10,342 nucleotides of DNA, taken from the IMG/VR virus record IMGVR_UViG_2526164650_000011; one strand, given 5' to 3'. This stretch comes from a virus. Taxonomy: Duplodnaviria > Heunggongvirae > Uroviricota > Caudoviricetes. Below, one piece after another: positions 8,227-10,342 of this stretch. How positions within the stretch are numbered: position 1 is the first letter of the stretch; each line of letters opens with the position of its first letter. Position numbers and translations under genes: made by a program. The notes under the pieces are model-generated. The model did not search any database. It was not told the DNA's origin and was given only the letters and a program-made list of their open reading frames with translations.

Positions 8227-8485
8227 TTAGTTTCCTTGTTTATGCCTTGCTGGTGATGTTCTGAAAAGTATAAATGATATTTTTGAATTAAACCATAGAA
8301 CAGAATTATTTTTCTGATGTTGTTTATTGTTTATTTAAATGCAGGGTGGTTTATATCTCGTCTTGTAGTTTATCCATGCATATCTGCTTGATAATCAGGT
8401 TTTTATTTAAGGTATGGTTTTGTGTTTTTTCTGTATTACATGTCAGGTATTTTAAAGAATTATTTTTCAGATGTTGGAAAGAACC

Positions 8486-8674
8486 ATGGCATTTAAACAC
8501 TATGATGTTGTCAGGGCGGCGCCGCCGTCAGATCTTGCGGAAAAGCTGACACATAAACTGAAAGAGGGCTGGCAGCCGTTTGGTAGTCCGGTGGCCATAA
8601 CCCCTTATACCCTGATGCAGGCGATTGCAGCAGAAGGTGATGTGGTGGTCAGTGGTGCAACTGAGCCGGAGTGA
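8486..8674 (+). CDS. Small conserved lambdoid-phage protein (62 aa from ATG 8486), recalled as DUF1737-like and usually found just upstream of S holin
   Basis: MAFKHYDVVRAAPPSDLAEKLTHKLKEGWQPFGSPVAITPYTLMQAIAAEGDVVVSGATEPE, with GGAAAG upstream of ATG 8486. The family name is from memory and unverified. Confidence 0.5.
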   Translation: MAFKHYDVVRAAPPSDLAEKLTHKLKEGWQPFGSPVAITPYTLMQAIAAEGDVVVSGATEPE

Positions 8675-8916
8675 TACTACGTCATCGTACTGGCCCGGCA
8701 TTCCAGGCCATAAAAGACAGTCTGGCAGTGGGACTAAATGCACTGACGCTGACGGATATTACCAAAAATGCAACGTATGGCGTTGAGATAGAAAGTCTGG
8801 TGCTGGAGATAAATGCACCGGCATCATCATAAAAAGTGAGCCAGTCAAATGGAAGGTATCGTTAAACTCACCGGTAGTGTCAGTGGGTCGTCTGAGACGC
8901 TTGCATGAGTTATCAG

Positions 8917-8948
8917 AGCCATCAGTAGTTAACTGGTGGCTTTTTTAT
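8917..8948 (+). terminator. Intrinsic terminator immediately upstream of the holin gene
   Basis: 9-bp stem AGCCATCAG / CTGGTGGCT (one G-U pair), 7-nt loop, then TTTTTTATT. Confidence 0.55.
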
Positions 8949-8981
8949 TGTTGTCAGCTTCCGGATAACGGGAGACGGGGT

Positions 8982-9142
8982 ATGGACCAGATGGAAAAAA
9001 TCACAACAGGTGTGTCATACACCACGTCAGCGGTGGGAACGGGCTACTGGTTCCTGCAGTTGCTGGACAGGGTTTCCCCGTCTCAGTGGGCGGCAATAGG
9101 CGTGCTGGGGAGTCTGCTGTTTGGGCTGCTGACATATCTGAC
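8982..9142 (+). pseudogene. essQ: S21-type class II holin (pinholin) with dual start (Met1/Met4), truncated after codon 54 by IS600 insertion
   Basis: [54 protein letters not shown] resembles phage 21 S as recalled. The frame then continues into IS600 terminal sequence (EVYWQ, stop at 9161); the native charged C-terminal tail is missing. Confidence 0.8.
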
Positions 9143-9185
9143 TGAGGTGTACTGGCAATAGCGGACACTACCATTTGTTCTTTTT

Positions 9186-10004
9186 TTAAGCAGTCATCTG
9201 ATGATATTTTTCCCTGAAGGCTGCCGGGGAGATATTCCCCAGACGAGAGTGACGACGCTGACGATTGTAGAAAATCTCAATGTATTCCCGTATTACTGAG
9301 ATGGCTTCATCCCGGTTATTAAAACGATAGTGGCTCAGGCTCTCATTTTTCAGCGTTCCCCAGAAGCTTTCCATCGGAGCGTTGTCGTAACAGTTACCTT
9401 TACGCGACATTGATGTTTTCAGACCAGACTGCTCCTGTATGACCCGGTAATCGTATGCGCAGTACTGTGAACCTCGATCAGAGTGGTGGATTAGCCCGGC
9501 AGGTGGGCGCTGGCTCCTGAGCGCCATAAACAGGGCTTTACCTGTCAGCTCTTTTGTCATGCGCTCTCCCATGGCGTAGCCGACAATTTCACACGTATAA
9601 ACATCTTTGATGCCAGCGAGGTACAACCATCCCTCCTGTGTGGCAACATACGTCAGGTCCGCCACCCAGACCTGATTTGGTGCTGTAGGAGCGAACGTCT
9701 GGTTCAGCAGATTTGGCGCAACTGGCAGATTGTGGTTCGGGTTCGTAGTCGCTCTGAACTTGCGTTTCTGCTTACAGCGCAGCCTCAGCTCCTTACGAAG
9801 ACGTGCCAGTCGGTCACGACCAACGATGATGCCATTCTCTGCCAGCTCCGTCTGGAGCCGCCGGGTTCCATATGTTTCGCGAGTGCGGATATGTGCCACC
9901 TTAATCTCCGGTTTTAGCCGCTCATCACTTTGTTTTCTGTCTGAGGGTTCATGCTGTACCCAGTTGTAATAACCGCTCCTGGATACACCAAATACCTGAC
10001 ACAT
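9186..10004 (-). CDS. IS3-family transposase OrfB (IS600-like), copy 2
   Basis: 272-aa ORF nearly identical to 372-1190 (differences seen: L31P, and C-terminal MTA versus MAA). Confidence 0.85.
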   Translation of the reverse strand: MCQVFGVSRSGYYNWVQHEPSDRKQSDERLKPEIKVAHIRTRETYGTRRLQTELAENGIIVGRDRLARLRKELRLRCKQKRKFRATTNPNHNLPVAPNLLNQTFAPTAPNQVWVADLTYVATQEGWLYLAGIKDVYTCEIVGYAMGERMTKELTGKALFMALRSQRPPAGLIHHSDRGSQYCAYDYRVIQEQSGLKTSMSRKGNCYDNAPMESFWGTLKNESLSHYRFNNRDEAISVIREYIEIFYNRQRRHSRLGNISPAAFREKYHQMTA

Positions 10005-10039
10005 CGCTTCAATGGGAAATTGTTGTCGCCATTGTTCGA

Positions 10040-10342
10040 TTAACGCGTATTTTTCAGCGACTCCTGTGCAAAATACGCTGTTGCTTTTTTTAATATATCT
10101 CGCTCAAGGCGAGCTTCATTTAACGCCTTACGCAGTTGCAGAATTTCAGATTCCAGTTCAGCCAGCGTGCGGGAACCAGGAGTACCGAGCCCTTTTCTGG
10201 CGGCGGTAACCCATTGTCCTAAAGTGCCTTCAGGAAGAGATAATCGGGAAGCGCCTTCACTGATCGAAAGTTGATTTTCAAGAACCGTTCTGACAGCTTC
10301 GGCTTTGAACTCTTTAGAGTAACGTTGGGTTTTTCTGCTCAT
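10040..10342 (-). CDS. IS3-family transposase OrfA (IS600-like, 100 aa)
   Basis: MSRKTQRYSKEFKAEAVRTVLENQLSISEGASRLSLPEGTLGQWV...LERDILKKATAYFAQESLKNTR, a helix-turn-helix plus leucine-zipper OrfA. Matches IS600 OrfA as recalled. Confidence 0.85.
   Translation of the reverse strand: MSRKTQRYSKEFKAEAVRTVLENQLSISEGASRLSLPEGTLGQWVTAARKGLGTPGSRTLAELESEILQLRKALNEARLERDILKKATAYFAQESLKNTR

Larger units (their letters stand above)
9143..10342 (-). mobile_element. IS600-like IS3-family element, copy 2, inverted relative to copy 1; left end beyond window
   Basis: Right-end sequence TGAGGTGTACTGGCAATAGCGGACAC at 9143 is the reverse complement of the copy 1 end. orfA begins exactly at the window edge. 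Confidence 0.85.

Noticed and set aside
8346-8549. 67-aa ORF overlapping the start of the DUF1737-like gene
   Set aside because: It lies in very AT-rich sequence with no ribosome-binding site, gives a low-complexity hydrophobic translation and overlaps a better-supported gene in another frame.
6980-8980. Looked for stxA/stxB (or another recognisable toxin) at the canonical position downstream of Q and the tRNAs
   Set aside because: No ORF in this interval resembles the StxA N-terminus (MKIIIFRVLTFFF...) or has StxB-like size or sequence. The cargo ORFs are unrelated by eye.

Overview
This window reads as an IS-riddled fragment of a defective lambdoid (Qin-like / phage-21-like) prophage, of the kind found in Shigella and E. 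coli. All identifications are from reading the sequence and recalled protein families; no database search was run. Left to right: the 3' end of IS1 (1-309) abuts a 5'-truncated IS600-like IS3-family element (310-1233). Next comes the relB-relE toxin-antitoxin operon with its palindromic operator, where relE is split by an apparently intact IS911 (1829-3077) flanked by a 3-bp AAC duplication. An intact hokD type I toxin ORF and terminator follow, then rem-like, ydfU-like (DUF968), rusA-like and Q antiterminator genes. After Q sit a candidate late promoter PR' with terminator tR', then tRNA-Ile2(CAU) and tRNA-Arg(UCU), exactly the layout found upstream of stxAB in Stx phages. No stx is present. 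The toxin slot instead holds about 1.5 kb of AT-rich cargo (6980-8485) with two convergent unknown ORFs, a GC-rich hairpin-dense segment and a strong terminator. This cargo is the most likely place for an undescribed function, though I cannot assign one. A small conserved phage ORF and an S21-type pinholin follow; the pinholin is truncated at codon 54 by a second, inverted IS600 copy (9143-10342) that runs off the window. The two inverted IS600 copies bracket about 7.9 kb of prophage DNA.
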